DNA of 63,632 nt. Origin: Pseudomonadota bacterium (GTDB lineage: Bacteria > Pseudomonadota > Alphaproteobacteria > Rhizobiales > Beijerinckiaceae). The position numbers and the translations under genes were made by a program. Each line of letters opens with the position of its first letter. Position 1 is the first letter of the stretch. Location of the stretch: positions 1 through 63,632 of the forward strand of contig JAEWKL010000790.1 of assembly GCA_023386115.1 (NCBI GenBank). Reading direction: 5' to 3'. Below, one piece after another: positions 32,374 through 42,957 of this stretch. Under the pieces are notes generated by a model, which saw nothing but the letters and a program-made list of their open reading frames with translations, was not told the origin of the DNA and did no database searches.

Positions 32374-32530
32374 ATGCGACTCTCACCGCGATGTGACGCA
32401 CTCTGTTGCGACACTTGCGACGGCTGCGACATTCTCCGGATTGCGACGTTCTCCCTCCTTGCGGCATTTGCGACGGCTGCGACAGTTCGGGGTCGCAGCT
32501 GACACTGTCGCGGCTGTCGCGATTGTCGCA
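32374..32530. repeat. Iteron-like TGCGAC / GTCGC(A/G) array
   Basis: About 7 direct TGCGAC copies, often 9 bp apart, followed by 4 inverted copies. Confidence 0.85.
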
Positions 32531-32570
32531 AAGATGGTTGCGTTTTCGGCAGTTCGAAATCGATGGCAGC

Positions 32571-33010
32571 TCATCGCACATCCTCGTCGTGCAGAAGCCG
32601 AACGCGACGCGGCCGTCCGCTCGGCTCCTCGATCCAGCCGTGGGCCCTAAGCGTCGCGAGAGCCGCCTCCGCGGCATCCTTCGTGCGGGTCGGTGACGGT
32701 CCGAGGCGGAGCACGTCTCGGAACTCAACCTCGTCATCGCCACGGGCGCGCAGCCAGTCGAGCAGACCCTGAGCGCGCAGCAGCTTCGCGTCGGTGCGAG
32801 ACGCCCGTTGCAGCCGGTTCGCCTCCGTGAGGTACCAGTACGTGAGCGCAACCCCACGTGCCATCGCGGCAGAGCCAATCTCTGAAGCGCGGTGGTTCTC
32901 GACGATGGTCAGGACACGCGCGATGCGGGCGGCATGTTCCGCCGCTTTTGCAGCGAAGTCGCGCACGTTTCGAAACTCACCGGTCGGCCAATGGTGTGTG
33001 GCGAGGCTAG
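32571..33010 (-). pseudogene. DUF3987/YfjI-type replication protein, C-terminal fragment
   Basis: RDFAAKAAEHAARIA.VL...WYLTEA.RL...LLDWL...GP...R...L.AHGWI. Confidence 0.7.
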
Positions 33011-33054
33011 AGAAGCCTTCATCCGGAGTCCCCAGAACCATCATGTATTATGAT

Positions 33055-33290
33055 CTTCCCATGCCTCCCAGCTTGCAACCGACTCTCCCAGATGTAGATC
33101 TTTGATATTGTTATAATTAGGCGAGTTTGGGAGGGATGGGAGGTTCTTGTGGTCCTTCTCCTATGCGCCCGCGCCCGCGCGAATATGAGGATGGGGCTGA
33201 CAAGATCCTCCCAATGTACCCAAATTCTCAAAGGCCCTTGTTTGGCAGGCGCTTAGTGTCGGGAGGATCGGCCGATATGTGGGAGGAATG
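33055..33290. repeat. Iteron-like CTCCCA/TGGGAG array with an AT-rich core (putative origin)
   Basis: About 8 copies in both orientations; TTTGATATTGTTATAATTAG at 33101-33120; directly downstream of the primase-helicase. Confidence 0.7.
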
Positions 33291-33296
33291 GCACGA

Positions 33297-34913
33297 TCAA
33301 TCCCCGTCGCGATACCGCCTATACCGGTCCTCGGCCCGCAGTGGTTCACCGTGCAGGTCCACGAAGTCCTGACACCGCGCCGTCGTCTCAAGATGCAGCC
33401 ACCACTGCACACCCGACTTAAGGTCGGACATGCCGCGCCCCTTGAGGGCGCTGCTGAACGCCTTATGCGAGCGTGGCGCCTCGCCATTGACGCGTGCCCA
33501 GGCCGAATAGAGCTCGTGCAGCGCGGTCGATTGCACACGTTTGTCGGGCACCCTGCGCGTACAGGTCTCAAGGAAGCGCCCGATCGGGTCGGAGTCGGCG
33601 CGGTACGCCTCAGTGGCAGCATTCACCTCAGGTGGCACGACGAGACCATTGTCGAGCCAGTCGCAGAGCCCAGAGAGCATCCGGTTGAGGATGCCAGAAG
33701 CTTCACCCTCTAGCTTCTTGCCTAGCGTCTTATCACGCTCGATCTTTGGGATGAACTCGGCCCAGGGGACGAGGAGGAGGCGACCCCATATCCCCTCATC
33801 GGTTCCGTCAATTTTGGGTCGTTCGTTGCCCTGAATGGTGAGCTTAAACGACGGCTTGAAAGTGAAGAATGGCTTGTTGAGGTGGCGGGCGCTAATCGGC
33901 TCGCCGCCGGTAGCGAGCTTTATCAATCCTTCAGCGAGCTTCGCACCCTTCTCGGGCTCTGAGGTGCGCAGCATCCGGACGCCCGGCAGCATTGCCAGAT
34001 CTGGTGTCGCCTCGCCACCTCGGCGGCTCCGGCCAGTGTCGACGAAGGTCTCAATCGGGATGGTGAACGCGTAGTCGCCGGCTACGTGGCCGGTGGCTTC
34101 GACGTAGACCGATTTGCCGTTGCGACCCGTCCCATAGTGGAAGACGAGTTTCTGTTCGCTGGTATCGCCAGTGAGAGCGAGGCCGCTCCATTGGTATAGG
34201 AATCGCCTCATGCCGGCGTCGGGTTGCACGCGCATCAGGAACGCGTCGAAGATCGGACTGCTCGCGTTGGGGTCGTAGATGACTGGCGCTAGCTTGGTTA
34301 TGTGGTTGGTCGGTTCATGCGGATGGAAGGTCACATAGGGAGCATCCGGCCGCGGCATGATCGTGAGCGTGCCGTTGAGCACGTTGATCCGCATCGGGTC
34401 GGCGTCGAGCCGCTCGAATTCCACTCGGAGGTAGGGAGCGGCCTGCTTCGCGGTAGCTAAGAGACGGGGCGCAGCTTCTGATGTACGCCCCCAAGCAGCA
34501 AGCTTGTCGGATAACATGACCGGAGTGCCGTCCCGCCTATGATCAACCTCGATGTCCTGGCGAGTGCCCTGAATTGCTCGTGCCTCGTCCTGAATCGCGC
34601 GCACCGATTGATGCGTGCCCTGGAGCACCTGCTCTTCCGCTCCGCCTACAGCCCAACGGCGACCGTCCCAGACCAGCCAACCGAGCGTTGAGCAGTACAT
34701 GAACCGACCGCGATTGCGCGCTACGAAGCGTTCCGCGTTGCCAAGGTCGGTGAGTGGAAGGTGGCTAAGCCGGGTGTCGAGGTCATTTCCTCCAATCGGC
34801 AGCTTGGAACGTTCGATTGAGGCGGCTTGGCTCTGGCGGCGTTTCGCGAGATCGAGCGGAATGGCTCCCCGCAATTCGCCGCGCCCCGCGCGTTGCTTGC
34901 TGTTTGACTTCAT
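33297..34913 (-). CDS. P4-family phage/plasmid primase-helicase (D5_N plus SF3 helicase)
   Basis: TDLGNAERF, WDGRRW, YGTGRNGKS, TGGEPISARHL, DEGIWGRL. Confidence 0.9.
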   Translation of the reverse strand: MKSNSKQRAGRGELRGAIPLDLAKRRQSQAASIERSKLPIGGNDLDTRLSHLPLTDLGNAERFVARNRGRFMYCSTLGWLVWDGRRWAVGGAEEQVLQGTHQSVRAIQDEARAIQGTRQDIEVDHRRDGTPVMLSDKLAAWGRTSEAAPRLLATAKQAAPYLRVEFERLDADPMRINVLNGTLTIMPRPDAPYVTFHPHEPTNHITKLAPVIYDPNASSPIFDAFLMRVQPDAGMRRFLYQWSGLALTGDTSEQKLVFHYGTGRNGKSVYVEATGHVAGDYAFTIPIETFVDTGRSRRGGEATPDLAMLPGVRMLRTSEPEKGAKLAEGLIKLATGGEPISARHLNKPFFTFKPSFKLTIQGNERPKIDGTDEGIWGRLLLVPWAEFIPKIERDKTLGKKLEGEASGILNRMLSGLCDWLDNGLVVPPEVNAATEAYRADSDPIGRFLETCTRRVPDKRVQSTALHELYSAWARVNGEAPRSHKAFSSALKGRGMSDLKSGVQWWLHLETTARCQDFVDLHGEPLRAEDRYRRYRDGD

Positions 34914-35571
34914 GGGATGTTCTGTTGAGTTTGCGCCGAGACGAGAATGTGTGGAAGGCGGACCTTGCTCAGCATCGTCTCCACAACCTCGCCGTGGGCG
35001 ATGTTGGCCGTGAGGACGCTTCTTGTGTTCAGCAGGATTGGGCGAGCCAGGGCGTCGTTGATCACGACAGCACCGCAGCGCCAGGCGCGGAGCCACTCGA
35101 GCGGAGAGGTCCAGAGCTGAAGCGGAGCATCCTCAGCCACATCAGCTGCCCGCCGCCCGAGAAGGCCTAGCGTACCAGCCCAGGAAGCGAGACGGCCTGA
35201 CCGGGGGTGCCAAGCCACAACGTCGAGAAATCCACTCGCCTCGTCGACCTCGGGCATGACGTAGGTGACGACGGCATCCTCGGCTCGCGCGCGCCCGTCC
35301 TGCTCGAAGGCAAAGCGACGATTACGAAGGAAGCTAACGCGTGCTCGAGCGACGCGGAAGATCGAATCCTCGACGCTGGCGTGACTTAGACCATGCATCT
35401 GCCAGATTTGGATTTGATCAAGGGGCATCCTCTCCCCTAGCAGCGCCATCAACGGCACGTCTTGCGAGCGAAACCACGCCAGGTCGTCGCCGGTGAGGTC
35501 CTCCGCGCCGCGCCTCCAGGCCTCGACGGGATCAAGGGCGCAGCTGCGCCTAAATGTGGCATAGGAGTTCA
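34910..35571 (-). CDS. Phage hypothetical protein coupled to the primase-helicase
   Basis: 4-bp overlap with the primase start; DVVAWHP...PLEWLRA; start uncertain. Confidence 0.65.
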
Positions 35572-36533
35572 CGCCGAGCCCTCTGCTACGAAGCAGAGGA
35601 GCGCTGCGCTGTGTGCCTTCCACTTCGCGAGGTCTAACCGTTTGGAGTTCTGCTCGCACACCTGCGCCTTTGTAGCGCTGACCGCGGAGTTGCTCAGCGC
35701 CGAGCTGAGGGAGCCGGGGGTGTACGGCTTGACTGGATTGCTGGTGTTGTCTGGGGACATGGGTCTCCGACTGGGAGTTTGCCCAGTAGATGCGGTGGCG
35801 CGACGTGCGGAATCGCCCGGTGAAATCTGGAGTCGATGATCTCCAAGAGGCAAAGAGCGGTGCGCCTCGGAGACGAAGAATTATCAAGCATCAGCTGCTT
35901 GAGATGGCCGACTCAGTCAGGCTCAAGCTTTGACGCTATGCTTCGCAAGCTGATTGCCGTCGGTTCGATCCCGATAGCACGCTCTAATGAGTATTTGGAA
36001 CTGAACACCTTTTTTGTGGGCTGAGTGGCCCTGCGTTCCCTACCGTTCCCCATCTTCGTTCAGGATCGGATCTTCAGCGCCCGGTGCGCAAGCGGCAGCT
36101 CAGCCACCAGGCGCGACTAACCGACCGCTCCGCGCGAGCGAGTAGCGCGGAGTCGTGGCGGCCCGAGCGTGCGCAGCGGCCGAGCGGATGTGGTCGAGGT
36201 CGGCCCCGGCATCTCCAGCCTCGGTGGACACCTCGGCACGGGCATCCATGTTCCAGAAGTGGCTTGGGATGCCAGCGGCGCGCACCATGATGTGACACCG
36301 CCTTCTCGAGGTTGCCGAGCTGCACGCGGCTGGTGCCCGGCATATGAAGGGTTAGCTCATTGAAACTTTCGATCCGGCCGGGGTGCTGGGCGAGGAGTGT
36401 CCACCCAGCAACGGTATCCAGGCCACGTACTCGGCCGAGCTGTTGGGTATGAAGGTGCCCAGCGTCCGCATCTGGAGAGCTTTCGCCTGCTCAGTCCTAT
36501 CGACCATGTACTCTCTCCTTTGCTGCTCGACCA

Positions 36534-37049
36534 TCAGCGCGAACGGGTGGTGAGAGGCAGACCCAGAACCGTCGTTCCGGGCGAATCGGGCGCAGAAGCA
36601 TCCGGGCTGAATGCTGTCGATATGGGCGCCCCTCCTGCACCCGACGCAGCCGCCGTTCGGTGAAGAGTTATAGCCGGCGTATGATCTCCTGGAGCAAGGG
36701 CCAGGACATCGACCTGCCTCCAAAGGTCTTTGTTGCTGGCACCCATGGTGTCGTTGCCGGCGGCGAGGTGCGTGCACAGTTGGTCGTGCAGGGTGCGGAT
36801 GATGAGGACGTCGCGCATGTTAATCCGGACGCTCGGGCTTCGGCCGACAACGCGGCGGACCCAAGTTGGGGACCGATTCATTAGATTCCCAATCGTCTTG
36901 TATGCCGCCATTTTCGATCCGTTCGCTTCCGTAACAGCGGAGATGACATCCACGAGCCTCGATCGCTTATATTCGACGGCTTGCTCGTACGTGACCGTTG
37001 GGGCATTAGGATTCGCATTTGACCACATTTGATCAATTCTCCGTGCCAT
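36534..37049 (-). CDS. Phage protein in a cII-like position
   Basis: Downstream of cro; HTH-like AYKTIGNLMNRSPTWVRRVVGR. Confidence 0.55.
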   Translation of the reverse strand: MARRIDQMWSNANPNAPTVTYEQAVEYKRSRLVDVISAVTEANGSKMAAYKTIGNLMNRSPTWVRRVVGRSPSVRINMRDVLIIRTLHDQLCTHLAAGNDTMGASNKDLWRQVDVLALAPGDHTPAITLHRTAAASGAGGAPISTAFSPDASAPDSPGTTVLGLPLTTRSR

Positions 37050-37149
37050 AGAGTTTGTGATGCAGAGGAGTTAGACAGATGCAGCAGGCAGACGGACGGC
37101 CACCCGGCTACAAAGGCGCAGTCGAAGACCAGCAGGCTCAGACGGTCAC

Positions 37150-37378
37150 ACTTGAAAGAAGGGTCGGCAACGTACGAAGTGGGGATGACAAATCTGAGGA
37201 GAAACGCCCGAGGCGGGCGCGCCCTAGACACGGCCTCGCTGCGCAGGCCACGCATATCCGTCGAGAGCTCTCCGTGCTCCCAATTGGAAACGGTACCTTG
37301 AGGGACACCCGCGAGCAGCGCGATATGCGACTGCGTTGGGTGGAAGGCCCGAGTGCGAATGTGCCTAACCGAGTTCAT
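37150..37378 (-). CDS. Cro-like XRE HTH protein, possibly degenerate (3' end uncertain)
   Basis: TQSHIALLAGVPQGTVSNWEHG; divergent from the repressor. Confidence 0.7.
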
Positions 37379-37389
37379 GGGTCGAATAT

Positions 37390-37436
37390 ATTCGAATACG
37401 AATGAGCGTCAAGGTCCACAGCACTCCAACCGGATT
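37390..37436. promoter_or_regulatory. Putative cI/cro operators
   Basis: ATTCG-AATA-CGAAT (37390-37403) and the related ACTCC-AACC-GGATT (37423-37436). Confidence 0.55.
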
Positions 37437-37471
37437 GCATCGCTCATGCGGGTGCGTGTAGGGGCGGTTCC

Positions 37472-38170
37472 ATGAGCGACCTGAGTCAGAGCATCAAAGC
37501 GCTGCGACGCGGCTTCGGTATGGGGCAGAAGGAGTTTGCTTCAGCTGTCGGCGTTTCGCAGGGAACGGTTTCCAAGTGGGAGTCCGGTGCGCAAAGGCCT
37601 GAAGCGGAGCCCCTGACGAAGCTTGCTGCAATGGCTGGCACGGACGTAGCTCGCTTCTTGCAAGGGCATGTTGGGCCGAGCAAATCAGAGACAAGCCATG
37701 TGACGGAAGTTAAAGTCATCGGATACCTGCAACGCGGCAAGCATCGAGCATCGCTGGATTTTGAGGATGGAGAATATTATAACATACAAATTCCACTGCC
37801 AGATCACGTAAACCCGAAGCGCTGCTTCGCATGCGAAGTGCGGGGTGATTTTTTCAACAAGATATATCCACATGGGTCCATAGTAGTTTTTCAAGAAGCT
37901 TTCGCGCCATCTGACCTAGATAGCGGCGACAAAGTGTTGGTTGCCATGGTATATGCTGCAGATACACATGACTATTCCGTGTGGTATTTAAATGTTATTG
38001 ACGAAAAAATTATGCTAAGCTCTAGATCTTACAACAAAGATTATGATGGCATTTATTTTATTGAAGGCGCTCGCAACTTCGACACTGACGTGGTTTCCTG
38101 GAACATCATCGCAGTCGCGGTTGCGAGCGTCAGAATGGAGCGCGACACCCCACTAACCGAGCCGCCGTAG
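37472..38170 (+). CDS. cI-like repressor (XRE HTH plus degenerate S24 domain)
   Basis: QKEFASAVGVSQGTVSKWESG...P; CEVRGDFFNKIYPHGSIV. Confidence 0.85.
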   Translation: MSDLSQSIKALRRGFGMGQKEFASAVGVSQGTVSKWESGAQRPEAEPLTKLAAMAGTDVARFLQGHVGPSKSETSHVTEVKVIGYLQRGKHRASLDFEDGEYYNIQIPLPDHVNPKRCFACEVRGDFFNKIYPHGSIVVFQEAFAPSDLDSGDKVLVAMVYAADTHDYSVWYLNVIDEKIMLSSRSYNKDYDGIYFIEGARNFDTDVVSWNIIAVAVASVRMERDTPLTEPP

Positions 38171-38468
38171 GAGCAATATTCGTGAGAGAATATTTCCATT
38201 GCCTTGAATTCGATCTAGAATATTCACTGCTCTATGGCCTCCCGCTATGGGGCTCGCTGGGCAATGGGGGACGGCAACGCCGGACCTGCGGCTCCGACGG
38301 CGGTGCCAAAGCCACTTCTGCCGTGCGTCATCGCCATGGCCGGCGGCGTGACCAGCGTGATCATTCATCCGGCGGCAGTCGCCGAGATTGCCGAGCGCTA
38401 TGGTTTTCACGCTGTCGCCGGCACCTCGGTGAGCGACATCGCCGCCGTAACTTTTTGTGAATGGCGGC

Positions 38469-39158
38469 TCAGGCGACCTGGATGATCTGTACGCCAGCGC
38501 CAAGGAGCAGCTGATACAGAGTGACAATTGCTTTCCGGGCGCCGCGGCGGGCGCAGTAAGTGAAGAGCACGCGCTGCTTGGCGCGAGTAAAAGCTACGAA
38601 GAAGCTTGCTGTTGCCTCGGCTTGGTCTTCGACGAAACTCCGGCGCCAAGCGTCATCGTCCAGGCCCACAAAGATGACGGTATGGTACTCGAGCCCCTTG
38701 CTCTTGTGGATCGTCATGAGTGGCACGGCGTGAACGCCCTCATAGGCGTCCAGCGCTGTGGACCAGTCGGCTACGGAGGCGGTCAGGTGGAGCACGGCCG
38801 CCTCGAGGATTTTCCCGAGCCAGTTAGCCTGAGCGTAGGCGGGATGGGCAGCTAGCAGCCGGTCCGGGCCGATGAAACTTAAGGTATCCCGCACCAGCGC
38901 CACCGCCTCTGCCCGGTTGGCTGGCGGCGCTGGGTATCGCTTGGCGAGGTCGAGAGCGAAGGCGTCGAGATCACGGGCAAAGCGCGACTGCTCGTCTTCA
39001 TCATCAGGGCCGATACCCCGGAGTGCGGAGAGGGTCTCCTGACATTCCGCCCAGTAGCGGCCCGCACGCGGGCTCATGGCGAGGCGGAGCAGACCGATAA
39101 CGAGGCGCGAGGCTTCGTCCGGCAACAGATCCTGTAGCTGGACGGAGCCGATGATCAA
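38469..39158 (-). pseudogene. UvrD/Rep-family helicase, C-terminal fragment
   Basis: MTIHKSKGLEY, FFVAFTRAK; no Walker A region. Confidence 0.8.
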
Positions 39159-40348
39159 GCGGTCGGGAGCGGATCGGTGCCTTCGCTCAGGATGGCGAGG
39201 TAGCGGCGATAGCCGAAGACGCGGCCGCGCCGGCGGCCGGTCACCTCGCCTACGATGCCGAGCCGCTGTAGGTCGGCGAGCGCTGCGTTGACGGTCGGCG
39301 AGGACAGCCCCGTCCTTTCGACGAGCTGATTGCTCGTGACATACGGGTTCTGCTGCATGAGGTCGTGGATGCGCAGTGCCGAGCCCGCTCGCTCGCTCTG
39401 GGCTGTAATGAGCTCGCGGTCCTGCTTGAATAGGTCAACGATGCGCCTCGCCGCGTCAAAGGCTTGATTGGCCGTCTCGGCGACCCCGTCAAGGAAGAAC
39501 TCGAGCCAAGCCTCCCAGGAGCCGCGCTCGCGGACTTCCTGTAATAGGCGGTAGTAGTCGGTGCGCCGGGTCTTGAGATAAAGGCTCAGGTAGAGGAGCG
39601 GCTTCTGCAGCACGCCGTGCACGCAGAGGTACAGCGTCACGAGGAGGCGGCCGATACGGCCGTTGCCATCAAGGAACGGGTGTATCGTCTCGAACTGAAC
39701 GTGGAGGAGCCCAGCTTTTATCAATGCGGGAAGCCTCGACTGGTTCTCGTGCATGAAGGCTTCCAGCGCGCCGAGAGTCGCGTCGAGCTCGGTGACGGGG
39801 GGCGGAATGAAGAGAGCATTGCCCGGTCGGCTGCCGCCGATCCAGTTCTGCGAGCGCCGAAACTCGCCTGGGCTCTTGCTGCCGCCGCGCCCGCTTTGGA
39901 GGAGGCGGGCGTGCATCTCTCGGATGAGCCGGAGCGACAGCGGCAGTTCCTCAAGACGCTCGAGCCCAAACATCATCGCGTCGACGTAGTTCGAGACCTC
40001 GCGGATGTCATCGATCGGCTCGCCGGCCTGCGCTTCGGTTTCGAACCGGAGCAGGTCCGAGAGCGTCGACTGCGTGCCCTCGATCTGCGACGAAAGAACC
40101 GCCTCCTTCCGTACGTACATGTAGAGAAACAGCTCTTGGCGGGGCAGGAGCATGGTAATCCCGTCGAGCCGCCCCAGCGCTCGTTCGGCGACGCTCAGGC
40201 GCTCGAGGAGGGAGAGCACGTCGATTGGCGGCTCGGGCGGGAGTGGCGGCGGCACGAATGCGCGGACAACCTCGCCAGCGACGGGCGTGTCAAGAAACCG
40301 GCCGAGCCGACGGTCGGCGGGAGGGGCGTCGATCATGCCTCCGACCAT
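39155..40348 (-). CDS. Fic family protein (class II, C-terminal HTH)
   Basis: HPFLDGNGRIGR; inhibitory SSQIEG motif. Confidence 0.93.
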   Translation of the reverse strand: MVGGMIDAPPADRRLGRFLDTPVAGEVVRAFVPPPLPPEPPIDVLSLLERLSVAERALGRLDGITMLLPRQELFLYMYVRKEAVLSSQIEGTQSTLSDLLRFETEAQAGEPIDDIREVSNYVDAMMFGLERLEELPLSLRLIREMHARLLQSGRGGSKSPGEFRRSQNWIGGSRPGNALFIPPPVTELDATLGALEAFMHENQSRLPALIKAGLLHVQFETIHPFLDGNGRIGRLLVTLYLCVHGVLQKPLLYLSLYLKTRRTDYYRLLQEVRERGSWEAWLEFFLDGVAETANQAFDAARRIVDLFKQDRELITAQSERAGSALRIHDLMQQNPYVTSNQLVERTGLSSPTVNAALADLQRLGIVGEVTGRRRGRVFGYRRYLAILSEGTDPLPTA

Positions 40349-40817
40349 GGTCGAAGAGCGTTATTAAAGCAATTTGGAATTTTCTTAAATAAGAGGGTTG
40401 CTAAGGTAGGCACCCTTAAATAAGGGGCGCCCGGCTGTCGGGTTACCCACAGAGAGGCAGAGGTCGCACTCTGTGGCGTTCAATTGCTGGCATGCTGCCG
40501 CCGCTTCCGCGGAGTGGGCCGTCACCGGGAACACGATCGATAACGAAGTGCCGCTTGAGGCCTGCGAGTTCTGTGGGCAGCAGGGGTGGAACTGCGGGAT
40601 GGCGGCAAAGGCCACCTCTCCCCATTCGACAGCGCAGATGCTCGGGGAGACCAGCACGATCTCCGGCGCACTCATGCCGTCCTGCACCTGATCTGGCATC
40701 CTGCCCTCCCAGCTTGCCTTGCATGCGGCGCGCACGTGAAGCCGGAAGAGACAACGAGCGTCCGGCACACCGACAAGCGGGTATGGCCATTGAGTTAGTT
40801 TCGGCTTACAGTAAGCT

Positions 40818-41129
40818 ATGACTAACACACCGGCCTCTCTCGCGATTGCCGCGCTCGGCGATCCGACCCGGCGAGAGATCTTCGAGCGCCTCGCACGCGG
40901 TTCCAGCCCCGTGGGTGAGCTCGCCAGCACCATGGCGGTCACCCGGCCCGCCGTCTCCCAGCACCTGCGCATCTTGAAAGAGGCTGGTCTGGTGACTGAG
41001 ACCGCAGAGGGCACGCGCCGGATCTACCAGCTCGATCATCGCGGGATCAGCGCCATCCATACGTGGCTCGACGAGAGGTGGGCCGAGGCGCTCAGCGCGG
41101 CGGGATCCACTCCCGACCTAGACTTCTGA
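40818..41129 (+). CDS. ArsR/SmtB transcriptional regulator
   Basis: ALGDPTRREI...VSQHLRILKEAGLV; imperfect palindrome 40794-40826 over the start. Confidence 0.9.
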   Translation: MTNTPASLAIAALGDPTRREIFERLARGSSPVGELASTMAVTRPAVSQHLRILKEAGLVTETAEGTRRIYQLDHRGISAIHTWLDERWAEALSAAGSTPDLDF

Positions 41130-41246
41130 TCGCACCCCTTCAGGCATTTAGCCTGCCACCGCGCAGAACGGCACACGGGACGATGTTGCCCCCAGCTGAG
41201 GGCGGCCGGAGCAAGGATTGCCTCCGGCGCCCTGGCGCCGCTGGAT

Positions 41247-41753
41247 CTAGCCCTCGACCGAAGCCTTTGCCTTGCGCGATCGGCTCGAGCCGGCTGCCTT
41301 GTCCGTGACCTTGGCATCGGGCGCAGCAGCCTTGCTGAGCGCGGAACGCCCCGCCCTGCGCTGGCCAAGCCCAGAGTTCCTCGCGAGCTCGGACCGCTGG
41401 CTGGCGTAGTTGGCCGCTACCATCGGGTAATCGCGAGGCAGGCCCCACTTCTCGCGGTACTGCTCTGGCGTGAGGCCCCGCCCGGAGAGATGGCGCTTGA
41501 GTGTCTTGTACGGCTTGCCGTCCTCAAGGCTGATGATGTGGTCGGGGGTGATCGTCTTTCGGATCGGGACCGGCGGATCGAGCTTCACCGGCTCGGCAGG
41601 AGGCGGGTTGTTGAGGCTCTGCAGGGCAGCATGCACCGACGCGATCAGCTCGGGCAGGGCCAAGGGCTGAACGACGTTGTGAGCCACGTAGGCCGTGATG
41701 ATGTCGCTGGTGCGCTCGACTGAATTAGCTGCCGAGGTTTCGGTTTCGCTCAT
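41247..41753 (-). CDS. MucR/Ros family regulator
   Basis: ITAYVAHN, IISLEDGKPYKTLKRHL...YREKWGLPRDYPMVAANYA. Confidence 0.93.
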   Translation of the reverse strand: MSETETSAANSVERTSDIITAYVAHNVVQPLALPELIASVHAALQSLNNPPPAEPVKLDPPVPIRKTITPDHIISLEDGKPYKTLKRHLSGRGLTPEQYREKWGLPRDYPMVAANYASQRSELARNSGLGQRRAGRSALSKAAAPDAKVTDKAAGSSRSRKAKASVEG

Positions 41754-41924
41754 CTGCCTTCTCCAGCGCGAGAACGCCCAATTGGGAGCAGAGATATCGA
41801 GCAGCGTCAATACCGCAAGCGTTGGCCTCGCGGTTAAGCCGAATGTTGCTCAACACGCTTGTGCCACTGTCAGTAGGCAAATTTTGCAGACTACGTGCCG
41901 CCCTCGAGGTGCGGTGCGCCTCGA

Positions 41925-42197
41925 TTATGGCGCCGCTGCGGTTGAGCATCCTTGATCACTCGACACAACCTCGCTCACATCAAGCCAGCCCGTGGCATCC
42001 TCGAAGCTCGAGAAGGTGTGGATCTGATCCGTAAAAGGGGTCGGTCGCTTCGCACGCGGGACCGCCTCCAGCAACTCGACGTGCCACCTCGAAGATGTGC
42101 GGCCTCGCCTGCGCTCGAGCGCCAAGCTGGCGACGATACTGCCGTCCAGGTCAACGTCATAGCTCCCGGAGGCGAGCCGCACGAGCGTGTAGGTCAT
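41925..42197 (-). CDS. Small hypothetical protein
   Basis: MTYTLVRLASGSYDV...W.VELL...P.PF...H.F; GGAG RBS. Confidence 0.65.
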   Translation of the reverse strand: MTYTLVRLASGSYDVDLDGSIVASLALERRRGRTSSRWHVELLEAVPRAKRPTPFTDQIHTFSSFEDATGWLDVSEVVSSDQGCSTAAAP

Positions 42198-42464
42198 CAG
42201 GGTCTCCCATTGATGGGGCCTGCCCCACCTCGTCGCGATACGCTGCTGCGAGCCATCAGGCCCACGACTCGGTCGCTGCAGGCGTCGCCGCAACACGGTT
42301 AACGCTTCGTTGCCACATCCTACGTCCATGGTTGCGCCTGCGAGGCGGTGGAGATTCAAGATGAGCCGCAGCTAAAATGCTCGTCCGAGGAGCTGCTTTC
42401 GATCTCTTGCGGGCCTGCGGATCTCGTGGGATCACACTGTCCGACTGCGTGAAAGGACGCACCA

Positions 42465-42890
42465 GTGGCCGGGAAGCGGATGGAAATTGTGCCTCAGGGG
42501 GACGCGCGCGATGCCGGCACACTGATCAGCGCAAAGATCGCCGCGCTCGGAGACTGGCGTGGTGCGATGCTGACCCTCCTCCGGCGCCTGATCCGGCAGG
42601 CCGATCCCGCCGTCATCGAAGAAGTGAAATGGCGCAAGCCATCCAATCCCTCTGGCGTCCCTGTATGGTCTCACGCTGGGATCCTGTGCACAGGCGAGAC
42701 CTACAAAGACAAAATCAAGCTGACGTTCGCGCAAGGCGCGTCGCTGCCTGACCCATCAGGTCTTTTCAATGCCAGTCTTGAAGGTGGCACGCGGCGCGCG
42801 ATTGATCTGCGTGATGGCGACCCATTCGATGAGGTCGCATTCATGGCCCTTGTCGCCGCGGCTGTCGCCTTCAATGTTGCCCGGCCTTGA
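42465..42890 (+). CDS. DUF1801 (YdhG-like) protein
   Basis: LGDWRG, EEVKW, GILCTGETYK, FNASLEG.TRRAID. Confidence 0.88.
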   Translation: MAGKRMEIVPQGDARDAGTLISAKIAALGDWRGAMLTLLRRLIRQADPAVIEEVKWRKPSNPSGVPVWSHAGILCTGETYKDKIKLTFAQGASLPDPSGLFNASLEGGTRRAIDLRDGDPFDEVAFMALVAAAVAFNVARP

Positions 42891-42957
42891 ATATCCGTTC
42901 CTCACTCACAGCAGCCCCTCAACGGTCAAGCGGGCCGGATCTTGATTGTGAAGGTTC

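Noticed and set aside
32374..32530. Short repeats as a CRISPR array
   Set aside because: Units are 6-9 bp with no spacers and no cas genes; they fit iterons better
40385..40800. Cys-rich ORFs divergent from the ArsR gene
   Set aside because: No consistent frame or family could be recognised
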